Positions 9,379 to 21,119 of a stretch of DNA of 64,000 nucleotides are shown piece after piece. Source of the DNA: Escherichia phage EAWsc9; the sequence record PQ341120.1; one strand, given 5' to 3'. The notes below the pieces were generated by a model that ran no database searches, had not been told where the DNA came from, and saw only the letters and a program-made list of their open reading frames with translations. Numbering within the stretch: position 1 is the stretch's first letter; the number at the start of each line of letters is the position of its first letter. Position numbers and translations under genes: made by a program.

Positions 9379-10515
9379 TTATTCAGGAAGGATTACTTCC
9401 GCTTGGTAGTCCGACGGAATGTAAAGTTTATGATTTTTAAGGAAAACCTTATTGATTTGAGCAATCGTTTGTTCAGTTTCCTGTGGGCGTTGATAGGTGT
9501 TCATTAATACGGAGAACAATCCCGGGTATGGTTTACACAACTCTTGGCCTTTAATCGCAAACTCACGACGGTCTTTTCCTGCTAACTGTTTTTGTGCATC
9601 AAGCAACAATCCCAGTGTATTGGACAGATAATCCAGATGCGTTGCAGTAAAGGCAGTAACTTTTTCACGAGCATAAGTATCGCCAGTAAACATGGCAATA
9701 ACATCATCTGCACCGCCAGCAACAACAACTTCAAACAGTCGCTCATTATTATTAATGGAGTCTTTAGTATGATGCAGAGCACAATACCATTCTGTTTTCA
9801 TCTTGAACTTCTGACCGTTAGCCATCTCATAGACGAAGCCTTCAATCTCTTTCATACCACGAACATTCTCAATGGTTGCCGGGTCATATGCTTCAACCAG
9901 GAAAGGACGGAGTGCAGCATCTTTGAACAGTTCCTGATAAGGAACATATTCACCAGTTTCATTATGGCGAACGTTCAGCAAAATCAGGTCACGTTCCTGG
10001 TAAGGCAAAACAATGCGGTTGGTCGGCGCAACATATTCCATGTTGCATGTATAACCAGCTTCAGTGATTTCAGTCACACGAGCCCTGAATGCACTGCGAT
10101 GTTCTTGTTTAAACACCTGCAAGGATTCAGCTGCTTGGGAGCTTTTGATTGACCCCTTTGATTTAAAGGCGATATTAGTCTGGTCCATATAAGTAGAAAC
10201 CAAGCTACCATCAGCTTTTGCAGTAACCAGGACAACCTCATCAAGGTTAAGGTCCATGGTCATTGGATTCTCACCCAGATTAAAGAATTTTTCCATAGGG
10301 CGAGCAGCAATGCGAACTGGACCATTGTCATCCATTTCAAACATAATGCCACGGCACTCCAGCGCATCATCAAGGAGCCAATCACTATAGGAAGCATAGT
10401 TATAGCTAAAGATGCGGAACTTAGTTTCAAATGGAGAAACAAAATCCGTATAGAAAAACTTACCTTTATCAGATTCGGCGCAAAGCTTCATTAAGTTATC
10501 ATATAATTCAATCAT
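9379..10515 (-). CDS. rnlA: RNA ligase 1 (gene 63)
   Basis: 378 aa; strong identity to remembered T4 Rnl1 (FRIFSYNYASYSDWLL, ECRGIMFEMD, adenylylation lysine in TAKADGSLVSTY, corresponding to T4 TKEDGSLVSTY). Confidence 0.95.
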   Translation of the reverse strand: MIELYDNLMKLCAESDKGKFFYTDFVSPFETKFRIFSYNYASYSDWLLDDALECRGIMFEMDDNGPVRIAARPMEKFFNLGENPMTMDLNLDEVVLVTAKADGSLVSTYMDQTNIAFKSKGSIKSSQAAESLQVFKQEHRSAFRARVTEITEAGYTCNMEYVAPTNRIVLPYQERDLILLNVRHNETGEYVPYQELFKDAALRPFLVEAYDPATIENVRGMKEIEGFVYEMANGQKFKMKTEWYCALHHTKDSINNNERLFEVVVAGGADDVIAMFTGDTYAREKVTAFTATHLDYLSNTLGLLLDAQKQLAGKDRREFAIKGQELCKPYPGLFSVLMNTYQRPQETEQTIAQINKVFLKNHKLYIPSDYQAEVILPE

Positions 10516-10928
10516 TTCTTCACCTTATGTTGGTAATTCCACGGGGGATTAAAAAGCTTGATGAACATCGGCTCTTCCAGAGACATCGTTTCGACTGACA
10601 TCGTACCAAGTTCATTGGTCATTGACAGATTGAAACATTGTCGTGCATAGAATACCACCTTTTTGCCTTCTTGTAAAGCTTCATGTATCATCCGGGATTT
10701 GTTTGAATCACTCGTCTGTTCGATTCGGTTAATTGCAGTCCGGTAATAGTTGATACGCTTCTTAAGGTTGTTCGTCTTACCAATATACACTAGTTCATCA
10801 TCAACTGAAATAGCATAGATAACATTTTTCTTGTTTGCGAGAGTAAGGATAGGGATTTTACCATCGACTAACTCTAACTCCGCGTATTTTATAAAACTGT
10901 ATTCGTCAGCGATTTGTTTCATAGACAA
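10512..10928 (-). CDS. denA: endonuclease II (GIY-YIG-like)
   Basis: 138 aa; ELVYIGKT...LKKRINYY motif; position between rnlA and nrdB. Confidence 0.8.
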   Translation of the reverse strand: MSMKQIADEYSFIKYAELELVDGKIPILTLANKKNVIYAISVDDELVYIGKTNNLKKRINYYRTAINRIEQTSDSNKSRMIHEALQEGKKVVFYARQCFNLSMTNELGTMSVETMSLEEPMFIKLFNPPWNYQHKVKK

Positions 10929-10948
10929 AAAGGGCCGAAGCCCTTTCC
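10926..10948 (-). terminator. rho-independent terminator after nrdB
   Basis: hairpin GGGC-TTCG-GCCC plus T-run in minus sense. Confidence 0.6.
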
Positions 10949-12127
10949 TTATAGATATTTACGGAAACCAGCAAGAACGTTCTCATCGACGTCATTGTCA
11001 ATCTGGGCTACCAGGTAAGCAGACAACTCAACTTCTTGTGGTGCTGATTGCACATTATCAGAGTTAAGATATTCGCGAATCCATGGAATCGGGTGCTTAG
11101 TAGATTCTAACACGATTTCACACGGGAGGCCGCATTGCTTCATACGAGAAACCGTCAGGTAATCGATGAACCGGTTAAGAATCTCGACGCTCAACCCAGG
11201 AAGTCCACCATCTTTAAACAGATGCACGGCCCATTCTTTTTCCTGGCGATTAACTTCCATGAAAATGGCTGCGGCTTCTGCTTCGCATTCGTGTGCGATT
11301 TTAACCCATTCGTCACCGTCAACACCAGTCTGCAGCTGACGAAGAATATATTGGGTTCCCTTAAGGTGGAGCTGTTCATCACGGGCGATGAACTTCATTA
11401 TCTTCGCATTACCTTCCATGATTTCCATGTTCTTATGGAAGTTGAAAGTACAGGCAAAAGATACATAAAAACGAATGGCTTCCAGGGCATTAATGACATG
11501 CAGGCAGAGATAAAGAGACTTCATCAATGCTCGTTTGGCGATAGATTCTTGTTTGACAGCTCGTTCCAAACGTTCGTCCGCTTCGGGAGTTTCTTTAGCC
11601 AGTTCAACAAAAGCAATCTGGTTTTGCCATTGACGAGTTTTATTCAGAACATCATCATAGTAATGACCGATGGATTCTGCGCGCTTCATGATTGCATCAT
11701 CTAACAGGATTTCGTCGAATACCTTCGCCGGGTCCGTATAGAGATTTCGCATTATGTGTGTATAAGAACGAGAGTGAATTGTCTCGCTGAATGTCCAAGT
11801 CTGAATCCAGGTATCAAGACTCGGGTCAGAAACTAATGCGGCTAATGCTGCTGCAGGAGCACGACCCTGGATACTATCCAGAAGCGACTGGTATTTCAGG
11901 TTGTTGGTAAAAATATTTTGTTGATGTTCAGGAAGCTTATTAAATTGGGCTCCGTCCATCATCAGGTTTACTTCCTCTGGACGCCAGAAGAATGATAATT
12001 GCTTTTCTGTTAATTCTTCGAAAACTTTATGACGCTGGATATCATAACGGGCAATCCCCAATCCTGAACCGAAGAACATTGGCTCGGCTAAAACATCCAC
12101 CGGAGTGGTATTAAAAACTGTACTCAT
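10949..12127 (-). CDS. nrdB: ribonucleotide reductase small subunit, uninterrupted
   Basis: 392 aa; N-terminus MSTVFNTTPVDVLAEPMFFG matches T4 NrdB; single continuous ORF. Confidence 0.95.
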   Translation of the reverse strand: MSTVFNTTPVDVLAEPMFFGSGLGIARYDIQRHKVFEELTEKQLSFFWRPEEVNLMMDGAQFNKLPEHQQNIFTNNLKYQSLLDSIQGRAPAAALAALVSDPSLDTWIQTWTFSETIHSRSYTHIMRNLYTDPAKVFDEILLDDAIMKRAESIGHYYDDVLNKTRQWQNQIAFVELAKETPEADERLERAVKQESIAKRALMKSLYLCLHVINALEAIRFYVSFACTFNFHKNMEIMEGNAKIMKFIARDEQLHLKGTQYILRQLQTGVDGDEWVKIAHECEAEAAAIFMEVNRQEKEWAVHLFKDGGLPGLSVEILNRFIDYLTVSRMKQCGLPCEIVLESTKHPIPWIREYLNSDNVQSAPQEVELSAYLVAQIDNDVDENVLAGFRKYL

Positions 12128-12165
12128 TTTATTTCCTCAATAGCTCATCCATGAGCATAATTATA

Positions 12166-14421
12166 TCAAAGTTTACAGGCAGAGCAGTCTTCTGCTTTAG
12201 GAGCTTCGATTTCGTAATCGTCTGTACCAGAACCATCTCTAGTGTTATGATAATAAAGGTTTTTACCACCAAAATACCAGAAGTACATCAAGTCGTCAAG
12301 CATAACTGACATCGGAACTTTTCCTTTCGGATAATTCTGCGGGTCGTAATAGGTATTGGCTGATGCTGACTGGCAAATCCATTTCAACATAATCGCGACT
12401 TGGGTCAGATAAGGTTTGTTACCTTGCTTAGCTAATACCCATGCGTAATCGTACAATCCTTTATTGTGCTCGATATTTGGAACAACCTGGTTAAAAGAAC
12501 CTTCTTTACTTTCCTTGATACTTACTGGACCGCGCGGAGGTTCGATACCGTTTGTAGAGTTGGAAACTTGACTGCTCGACTCGCAAGGCATGAGCGCAGA
12601 TAAGGTGCTATTACGGATGCCGTGTGCAACCAGGTCTTCCCGCAGCTGCGCCCAGTCACAAACGTAGTTTGGAGCTGCGATTTGGTCAATCTTTTTATTG
12701 TACCAGTCGATAGGTAATTCGCCTCGAGCCCAACGAGTGTCTGAATAATATTCGCAAGGTCCTTTTTCTTTGGCGAGCTTAATTGATGCACGGATAAGGC
12801 CATATTGCAATCTCTCAAATAGTTCATGCGTTAAATCGTTTGCATCGGCATAGGAAGCGAAATTGCTTGCCAACCATGCAGCATAGTTAGTAACCCCGAC
12901 ACCCAAGTTGCGGCGTTTTTTGGCTTTCAGAGCTTCTTTAACCGGATAACCCTGGTAGTCCAACAGATTATCAAGAGCACGAACTTGTACTTCGGCCAGC
13001 TCGTTAATTTTATCTTGGTCTTGCCAGTCAAAACTATCCAGAACAAATGCAGACAATGTACACAATCCAATTTCAGCATCTTCGCTGTTCACATCAGCGG
13101 TCGGGATTGCAATTTCGCAGCAAAGGTTTGATTGACGAATTGGAGCCTTATCGCGGATGAACGGAGTGTAGTCATTCACGTTATCAACGAACTGTGGATA
13201 AACGCGGGCTGTACCGGAACGTTCGGTCATGAATAATTCAAATAAATCTTTTGCTTTGATGCGCTTCTTACGAACCGTCGGGTCTTTTTCCAAGGCTTCA
13301 TATAACTCGCGGAATTTATCCGGGTTATCAAAATATGAATAATACAATTCACCGCCAGCTTCGTGCGGACTAAACAGAGTGATGTAATCATTCTTAGCCA
13401 GTCGTTCCATCATCAGGTTATTCAGCTGGACACCATAGTCCATATGTCTGATGCGGTTTTCTTCAACGCCCTTGTTGTTCTTCAGAACGAGTAAATTTTC
13501 AACTTCCAAATGCCAAATAGGATAATAAGCAGTAGCAGCGCCGCCACGGATTCCACCTTGTGAACATGATTTAACAGCCGTTTGGAAATGTTTCCAGAAC
13601 GGAATAACACCAGTATGCTTGACTTCACCCATGCCAATCTTAGAACCTTCGGCACGAATCATGCCAACGTTGATGCCGATACCTGCACGCTTACTGATAT
13701 ATTCGATGATTGAGTTAGCAGTCTTATTGATTGACTTCAGGGAGTCCGCAGCTTCGATAACCACACACGAACTGAACTGTCTTGTAGGTGTTCTGGCGCC
13801 CGCCATGATAGGTGTGGGCAACGAAATCTGCTGCGTAGATACTGCATCATAAAAACGGCAAATGTGCTTCAGACGGTCCGTTGGTTCATCCTGGTGCAGT
13901 GCCATGCCGATGGCCATGATAGCGAACTGTGGAGTCTCATAGATTTTCCCAGTGGTTTTATCTTTAACCAGGTATTTCTCTTTAAGCTGCATCGCGCCTG
14001 CATAAGTCAGGTCAAAATCGCGTTCGTGCTTAATACGAGATTCCAGGTAAGTAATCTCTTCAGCTGAGTAGCTTGACAACAGCTCTGGGTCATATTTACC
14101 TTCATTAACACAATAAGAAATCTGGTCAATAAAAGAACGTGGCTCAAACTGGCCATAAACATCTTTACGCAGAGCAAACATCGTAGCTTTGGCTGCAACA
14201 TATTGGTAATCTGGTTCTTCAACCGAAATAAGCCCAGCGGATACTTTGATGATAACCGTCTGAATATCGCGAGTAGTCATGCCATCGCGCAGATGTGGTT
14301 TGATTGTTTCGTATAATTCATACGGGTCGATATTAGTTCCTTCACATGACCAGGAAAGAACTTTAATAATTTTCTGGCCATCAAAATCTTGAGATACACC
14401 ACTACTTTTTTGTACTTGCAT
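12166..14421 (-). CDS. nrdA: ribonucleotide reductase large subunit
   Basis: 751 aa; class Ia RNR catalytic motifs; matches T4 NrdA. Confidence 0.95.
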   Translation of the reverse strand: MQVQKSSGVSQDFDGQKIIKVLSWSCEGTNIDPYELYETIKPHLRDGMTTRDIQTVIIKVSAGLISVEEPDYQYVAAKATMFALRKDVYGQFEPRSFIDQISYCVNEGKYDPELLSSYSAEEITYLESRIKHERDFDLTYAGAMQLKEKYLVKDKTTGKIYETPQFAIMAIGMALHQDEPTDRLKHICRFYDAVSTQQISLPTPIMAGARTPTRQFSSCVVIEAADSLKSINKTANSIIEYISKRAGIGINVGMIRAEGSKIGMGEVKHTGVIPFWKHFQTAVKSCSQGGIRGGAATAYYPIWHLEVENLLVLKNNKGVEENRIRHMDYGVQLNNLMMERLAKNDYITLFSPHEAGGELYYSYFDNPDKFRELYEALEKDPTVRKKRIKAKDLFELFMTERSGTARVYPQFVDNVNDYTPFIRDKAPIRQSNLCCEIAIPTADVNSEDAEIGLCTLSAFVLDSFDWQDQDKINELAEVQVRALDNLLDYQGYPVKEALKAKKRRNLGVGVTNYAAWLASNFASYADANDLTHELFERLQYGLIRASIKLAKEKGPCEYYSDTRWARGELPIDWYNKKIDQIAAPNYVCDWAQLREDLVAHGIRNSTLSALMPCESSSQVSNSTNGIEPPRGPVSIKESKEGSFNQVVPNIEHNKGLYDYAWVLAKQGNKPYLTQVAIMLKWICQSASANTYYDPQNYPKGKVPMSVMLDDLMYFWYFGGKNLYYHNTRDGSGTDDYEIEAPKAEDCSACKL

Positions 14422-14454
14422 GTTTTCCTCTATAGTTCAAAAGGGTTGGGAACC

Positions 14455-14700
14455 TTAAATTGTCTCTGGTAGTTCCGAAGTCATTTCATCATTATATTCT
14501 TCTTCTGACTGGACAGTGATGTCAAAATATGACTGGACGTCACCGGCTGAATCATGACAGTAGACACGTTCATGTCGTTTGGCCAGAAATTTGATTCCGT
14601 CAATAGTGATATAAGAATTTGGCGCAGGTAAATCTTGTTCGGTAAATTGTGGCATTTCAAAAATGACTTCGCCTGACTGGCGTTTAAATCGTAAATTCAT
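14455..14700 (-). CDS. hypothetical protein, 81 aa
   Basis: track ORF. Confidence 0.55.
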   Translation of the reverse strand: MNLRFKRQSGEVIFEMPQFTEQDLPAPNSYITIDGIKFLAKRHERVYCHDSAGDVQSYFDITVQSEEEYNDEMTSELPETI

Positions 14701-14759
14701 AATTTCCTCTCATTAAATTTTAAATAATTATATCACAGTGCCCTGAAGCGGAATCGTAT

Positions 14760-15059
14760 TTATGCGCCCAAATCCTCGAGCGAAAAGGTGTCTTTGAAAA
14801 GTTTGTTAACGACCAGAGCGATAACATCGCCATGACATGCTTTCGGTTTGCATGTACACGCTAATCGCATTCCGCGAAGGGTTTCAAGGTGTTCTCTTTT
14901 GATTTCACCCGATTTAATCTTTGCTATGAAATATTCTTTAAAGTTCTTTATGTTTTCTTCTCGGGTACCATCTTTGTATGGATTTCCCCACATGGTACCC
15001 CGTTGAATATTCACATCAAAGTCGGATTGATATTTGTTAACAACCCGACAGGCTTTCAT
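14760..15059 (-). CDS. DUF4326-like protein, 99 aa
   Basis: WGNPY...CxC.P..CHGDV pattern. Confidence 0.55.
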   Translation of the reverse strand: MKACRVVNKYQSDFDVNIQRGTMWGNPYKDGTREENIKNFKEYFIAKIKSGEIKREHLETLRGMRLACTCKPKACHGDVIALVVNKLFKDTFSLEDLGA

Positions 15060-15120
15060 AGTAGGAAGTTAAGCCCAACCATTACGACCAAAAACAAAAT
15101 ACCGGCAATTTGAATTTTCA

Positions 15121-15317
15121 TTAGACCTCGACAATAAACCAGATAGTCCGATTGAAATCATCATATTCATATGATTTAATCACGCGCATAACATAAAGTT
15201 CTTTACCCTGAACAAAAATAGTTGTTTTCTCTTTAGGCAGTTCATCGAGACTTATATTCATTTTTTCAAACAGCACCTCATTGGTGCTGTATCTATTGTT
15301 TACTATACGAATATTCA

Positions 15318-15318
<1 letters not shown>
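15121..15318 (-). CDS. hypothetical protein, 65 aa
   Basis: track ORF. Confidence 0.45.
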
Positions 15319-17094
<1,776 letters not shown>

Positions 17095-17104
17095 TATATT
17101 TTCC

Positions 17105-17344
17105 TCACGCTTTCTTGGCAACTTTCCAGTCAGCTTTAAATTGGTCAACGTCAGAGTGATGAATCCAGAAACCAGATGAGCTACCATCTTCATAAAGAGG
17201 ACAACCATCGCACTCATCTTTCCAACCCATCGCGCATAAAGTTTCTTCAGCTTTTTCCAGAGCTTCTGGATTGTTACCCTGGATTGTAAAGTACCATTTG
17301 CCTTTAACTTCTGAATCTTTGATGCTTTCACGTTGTAATTTCAT
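17105..17344 (-). CDS. hypothetical protein, 79 aa
   Basis: track ORF; early promoter upstream. Confidence 0.55.
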   Translation of the reverse strand: MKLQRESIKDSEVKGKWYFTIQGNNPEALEKAEETLCAMGWKDECDGCPLYEDGSSSGFWIHHSDVDQFKADWKVAKKA

Positions 17345-17379
17345 TTTATTCTCCAGTTTTATTTGGTAGCTCAGTATGG

Positions 17380-17415
17380 GACCATTATGTCATAGCCCCA
17401 TTTGGTTGTACACTA
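17380..17415 (-). promoter_or_regulatory. T4-type early promoter
   Basis: minus-sense GTGTACAACC ... ACATAATGG. Confidence 0.5.
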
Positions 17416-17419
17416 CTTT

Positions 17420-17686
17420 TTAAATTTTATCAAGCCATTTGCCAAGTTTAATCATTTCCTTAGTGGCTTTTTCCATACTTCTGAACTTAACTAATAAAGG
17501 ATATGTATCTACACCCATAACAAGATTGGTTGCAAGGCTGTGCTCACCCACAAGCCATAATGAGTAGGTTTGAACATCCAGACCATAATTTCTGTCTTTA
17601 TGCAAACGCACACCCATCACTTCAAATTGTTCACTGGCTTTTTCCACTGCATCCAGGAAATCATCTTTAGTCATATTAGACCCCAA
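17420..17686 (-). CDS. hypothetical protein, 88 aa
   Basis: track ORF. Confidence 0.5.
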   Translation of the reverse strand: MGSNMTKDDFLDAVEKASEQFEVMGVRLHKDRNYGLDVQTYSLWLVGEHSLATNLVMGVDTYPLLVKFRSMEKATKEMIKLGKWLDKI

Positions 17687-18107
17687 AAGTTGCTTTAATC
17701 AGTGCAATGACTTCTGCCGCATTTTTATGATTTACCTGCACATGAATGGTTTGGGTATCAACAGGTGCATCGCCATCAACTTCTGCCGCATTTTTATGAT
17801 TTACCTGCACATGAATGGTTTGGGTATCAACAGGTGCATCGCCATCAACTTCCAGGAAGTGACAGAATTCCCATCCAGCGAGTTCAAAGTACTCATCAGC
17901 ACCACCCATACTATTCAGGATGGTGCCATCTTTCATTTCAACTTTTTCAACAAAATAATCACCTTCAATATAACACATATCCAGGACTTTGAAGGAATTG
18001 CCATGTTGTTCCATCAACCTGACCATGCACGAATTGTCATCAGGACTATCAGCGATGAATTGTTTTTTGGCAGCGGGGTCTAATACGTAAAATTTACCAG
18101 TTTCCAT
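17676..18107 (-). CDS. hypothetical protein, 143 aa, carrying a perfect 23-codon tandem duplication
   Basis: track ORF; paralogous to 18457..18819 (shared D(D/E)YFEL and C-terminal motif). Confidence 0.6.
   Translation of the reverse strand: METGKFYVLDPAAKKQFIADSPDDNSCMVRLMEQHGNSFKVLDMCYIEGDYFVEKVEMKDGTILNSMGGADEYFELAGWEFCHFLEVDGDAPVDTQTIHVQVNHKNAAEVDGDAPVDTQTIHVQVNHKNAAEVIALIKATFGV
17712..17849. repeat. perfect 69-bp direct tandem duplication (2 copies), in frame
   Basis: 17712-17780 is identical to 17781-17849. Confidence 0.9.
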
Positions 18108-18166
18108 TTTAATTTCCTCATATTCAATTGAGGGAACATATTATCATGTCCCCGTTTGTTTGTATA

Positions 18167-18394
18167 CTAAGCTTCAATCAAATTCATATAAAATTTAGTG
18201 TCTTCAGGGTACATACCATCACAATATTCATTTTGCATAAAGCGGGTAATGTCTTCAAGAGGACCTTGGACTTCAATTTGAATACCAAAGACTTCAGTAT
18301 CTTTAATGTAAGTCATACACAAAGAAGGATAACGATTGCGGATAACTTCGTAAGTGTATTCAAAATCAACGATATCAATATTAACCTTAGCCAT
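18167..18394 (-). CDS. hypothetical protein, 75 aa
   Basis: track ORF. Confidence 0.5.
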   Translation of the reverse strand: MAKVNIDIVDFEYTYEVIRNRYPSLCMTYIKDTEVFGIQIEVQGPLEDITRFMQNEYCDGMYPEDTKFYMNLIEA

Positions 18395-18456
18395 TTTATT
18401 TTCCTCATGTAGTTGATAGGTCTATAATATCTCAGCCATAGACCTGTTGTAAACTG

Positions 18457-18819
18457 CTATTTGAAAGCTTTTTGTAGAAGTTCAATGATTTGGTCGACGT
18501 TATTAGCATCCACAACACAATTAATAGAAACCGCTCCTGAAGGTGTTTTTGCATAACTAGAGTATTCACGGAAGCAATAAAACTCTTCTTCACTAAGTTC
18601 AAAATAATCATCACCCATGCCATCATCATTATAGATTGCACCATTAGCACAAATGATTTCGGTTACATAATCATAGCCATCTGCGCTTGATATTGATTTA
18701 ACTTCAAACCAACCACCATTTTCTTGGATGATGTCGACCATATTAGCATTTGATGAACTAATATCAATGAAAGATTTAATACGATGCGGGTTGAACTCAT
18801 ATTTTTTGCCGATTTCCAT
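18457..18819 (-). CDS. hypothetical protein, 120 aa, paralogue of 17676..18107
   Basis: track ORF; early promoter upstream. Confidence 0.55.
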   Translation of the reverse strand: MEIGKKYEFNPHRIKSFIDISSSNANMVDIIQENGGWFEVKSISSADGYDYVTEIICANGAIYNDDGMGDDYFELSEEEFYCFREYSSYAKTPSGAVSINCVVDANNVDQIIELLQKAFK

Positions 18820-18854
18820 TTTTATTTCCTCAGTTGTTATCAGTAGTTGATGGA

Positions 18855-18890
18855 ATCATTATGCCTTAGCTCAAAGGGCTTGTACACTAC
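18855..18890 (-). promoter_or_regulatory. T4-type early promoter
   Basis: minus-sense GTGTACAAG ... GCATAATGA. Confidence 0.5.
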
Positions 18891-18904
18891 TTTTTGAAAA
18901 TAAA

Positions 18905-18930
18905 AAAAGGGACCCGAAGGTCCCTTTATA
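18905..18930 (-). terminator. rho-independent terminator after gene 32
   Basis: hairpin GGGACC-TTCG-GGTCCC plus T-run in minus sense. Confidence 0.7.
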
Positions 18931-19842
18931 TTAAAGGCCAGCCAGGAGGTCGTCAAGACCATCATCGGAAGGCTCTGGAGTGCTTGGAGCAGTCGCAGTG
19001 CGTTCAGACTTAGCAGGTTTGCTGGAAGTGAAGTCTTCCATATCTTTATCGAAATCGTCCAGGTCAGCGCCCAGTTTATCGGCTTGTGCAGCAGCTTTAG
19101 AAGCAGCGCCGCCGAGAGCGGCCGTACCCATTACTTTAGAGAATTTCTTCTGATTCTCTTCAAGGGATTTAAACACCAGCAATTCATTCAGGTCAGACAT
19201 TTCGTCCCAAAGTTTTTTCTGGAATGCTTCATCATTGATACCAGCGATTTCGGACTGGTTCATGAATTTGGAATCATCGTAGTTTTTATAACCGGAAACC
19301 AGTTTAGATTTCAGTACAAAGTTTGCACCTTCAAAAGGACAAGTTACATCAATAGCTGTTTCGCCCATGTCAACATCGACTTCAACCATCTGGTTAATTT
19401 TGTCCATGATTTTCTTGCCGAAGCGATATTTGAATACTTGACCTTCGTTAGACGGAACAGCAGGGTCTTTAATGACCAGGATGTTAGCCCAGTAAGAAGT
19501 ATTACGCTTCAGTTTACGATATTCGGATTCGTTTGTATTGTACAGGTCATTCTTATTCATGTACGCACACACAGGACAGTTTTCATAGTCGCCGTGAGTA
19601 GAAGTACAGTTTTCAATATACCATTGACCGCCATTTTTAAAGCCGTGGTTAACGAGCTTGATGAACGGAGATGGATTTTCTTCATTTTTGGAAGGCAGGA
19701 AACGAATAACCGCAGAGCCGACGCCATCAGTATCTTTCAGTTTCCATTCTTTTTTATCGTCAGAAGAGAAACCGGAACCACCTTTCAGGGCGTTAAGGGA
19801 AGCAGCCAGGTCAGCAGGGTTTTTACGTTTAAACATAGACAT
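18931..19842 (-). CDS. 32: single-stranded DNA-binding protein gp32
   Basis: 303 aa; FKRK...[34 protein letters not shown] match T4 gp32. Confidence 0.95.
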   Translation of the reverse strand: MSMFKRKNPADLAASLNALKGGSGFSSDDKKEWKLKDTDGVGSAVIRFLPSKNEENPSPFIKLVNHGFKNGGQWYIENCTSTHGDYENCPVCAYMNKNDLYNTNESEYRKLKRNTSYWANILVIKDPAVPSNEGQVFKYRFGKKIMDKINQMVEVDVDMGETAIDVTCPFEGANFVLKSKLVSGYKNYDDSKFMNQSEIAGINDEAFQKKLWDEMSDLNELLVFKSLEENQKKFSKVMGTAALGGAASKAAAQADKLGADLDDFDKDMEDFTSSKPAKSERTATAPSTPEPSDDGLDDLLAGL

Positions 19843-19902
19843 ATGATTTTCCTTAGATTATTTGATTTTTAGCAGTTGTTTTGATTACGTATTAATTATA
19901 CT

Positions 19903-20571
19903 TCAAAGTGCTTGAAGCGTTATTTGACAGTTTTTAACGGTCTCGATGAACAATTTACGAGCTTCAAGAGAATCTATATTTAAGATTTTCTTATAGGCAT
20001 TTAGTTTGGTTGAATACTTTTCCCAAACCAAGTCGTTAGTCTGCTCATCATGTTTATTTATAATATCTAAAAATGAATCAAGCAAACAAAACGTTTCAAA
20101 TGAGATAACATTCGATTGGAGAAGTTTGAAAATATAACTTGTGTTTACTTTAGTATTATACTCGAAAATCTCTTGAAGCGATTTGACTTCGACTTTCTTA
20201 CTGAAGTAATAGATATTCTTTATATCATCTTCGTATACTTGTTTAATTCTTTTAAGTCTGCCAATGTATTCTCGATAAAATATCAGAGCATCGGCATCGC
20301 TTATATCACCTATCCATGCATCCTGGTTCGCGACCAGGTTTGACATGAATATTAACGTTAATTCTTTGAGAGTGTACTTATCACTAAGCTTTTCGAAAAA
20401 ATACTTATCGCGACGTTTTTGATAAGCACTGTCGGAGATTCGCATGGTCCAGTTATATTTGATAATATCATAACGACCCGAAAAATGCTGTTTGATGGAT
20501 AAGTATAGTTGATATACTGATTTACCATTTATATATCGGTTGTTATTTGGAGGCATGCGAATCGTAATCAT
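19903..20571 (-). CDS. 59: gp59 helicase loader
   Basis: 222 aa; RYI.GKSVY.LYL.IKQH, ANQDAWIGDISDADAL.FYREYIGRLK match T4 gp59. Confidence 0.93.
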   Translation of the reverse strand: MITIRMPPNNNRYINGKSVYQLYLSIKQHFSGRYDIIKYNWTMRISDSAYQKRRDKYFFEKLSDKYTLKELTLIFMSNLVANQDAWIGDISDADALIFYREYIGRLKRIKQVYEDDIKNIYYFSKKVEVKSLQEIFEYNTKVNTSYIFKLLQSNVISFETFCLLDSFLDIINKHDEQTNDLVWEKYSTKLNAYKKILNIDSLEARKLFIETVKNCQITLQAL

Positions 20572-20861
20572 AACAAAAAGTCCAGCGTATTAGTTTTCTG
20601 TGTACGAGACATACTCGGACGAAGCAGGTTATCATCATAGGCTTCGTTCATAATCTTATCAATGATTCCCGCAGGAATGTATCGCGCAAAATTACCTTCA
20701 GGAATTCCACGTTCTTCCAACCAGGCAGTCGCAGCTTCCAGATAAGACATTTCAGTTGACTCAACCATGGCTTCAATATCAAGCCCGTTTTGCTGCTTAC
20801 TAATCGCCCCGGAAGGCGATTCAGTTTTCTGTGTATCGAAATTAACTAAAGAGGACATCAT
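20568..20861 (-). CDS. 33: gp33 late-transcription co-activator (track ORF 20568..20954 trimmed; true start uncertain)
   Basis: C-terminus MSYLEA.TA.LEE..IPE..FA..IP.GII.KI....D.NLLRPS....KTNTLDFLL matches T4 gp33. Confidence 0.85.
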   Translation of the reverse strand: MMSSLVNFDTQKTESPSGAISKQQNGLDIEAMVESTEMSYLEAATAWLEERGIPEGNFARYIPAGIIDKIMNEAYDDNLLRPSMSRTQKTNTLDFLL

Positions 20862-21111
20862 AGAGCTCCACAGCTTCGGTTTTTTCATCTTCAAAACGTT
20901 CACGAGTGCCTTTATGATACAGGCCGAGCTGTGTATTGAACATCTTACCGTCAACGCCTAATTCAGTTTTTGCCTTATCTTTAAGGTCTTTAATTTCGTC
21001 TGCATATGCTTCCATTTTTAATTTGGTATCGGAAGCAGCTTTAATCAGCTTGGCTAGCTCAGCACCATGAGTATCAGGACAAAATTCAACTTTCACTTTT
21101 TTCTCTTTCAT
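20842..21111 (-). CDS. dsbA: DsbA, dsDNA-binding late transcription enhancer
   Basis: 89 aa; position between rnh and 33 as in T4. Confidence 0.75.
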   Translation of the reverse strand: MKEKKVKVEFCPDTHGAELAKLIKAASDTKLKMEAYADEIKDLKDKAKTELGVDGKMFNTQLGLYHKGTRERFEDEKTEAVELYDVLFS

Positions 21112-21119
21112 AATATACC

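Noticed and set aside
19084-19872. Long plus-strand ORFs lying antisense inside minus-strand core genes (e.g. 19084..19872 in gene 32, 46523..47509 in gene 39, 9592..10152 in rnlA, 11135..11704 in nrdB, 36468..36866 in gene 52)
   Set aside because: They sit wholly inside strongly supported conserved genes on the other strand, lack Shine-Dalgarno sequences, and have odd compositions; treated as antisense artefacts.
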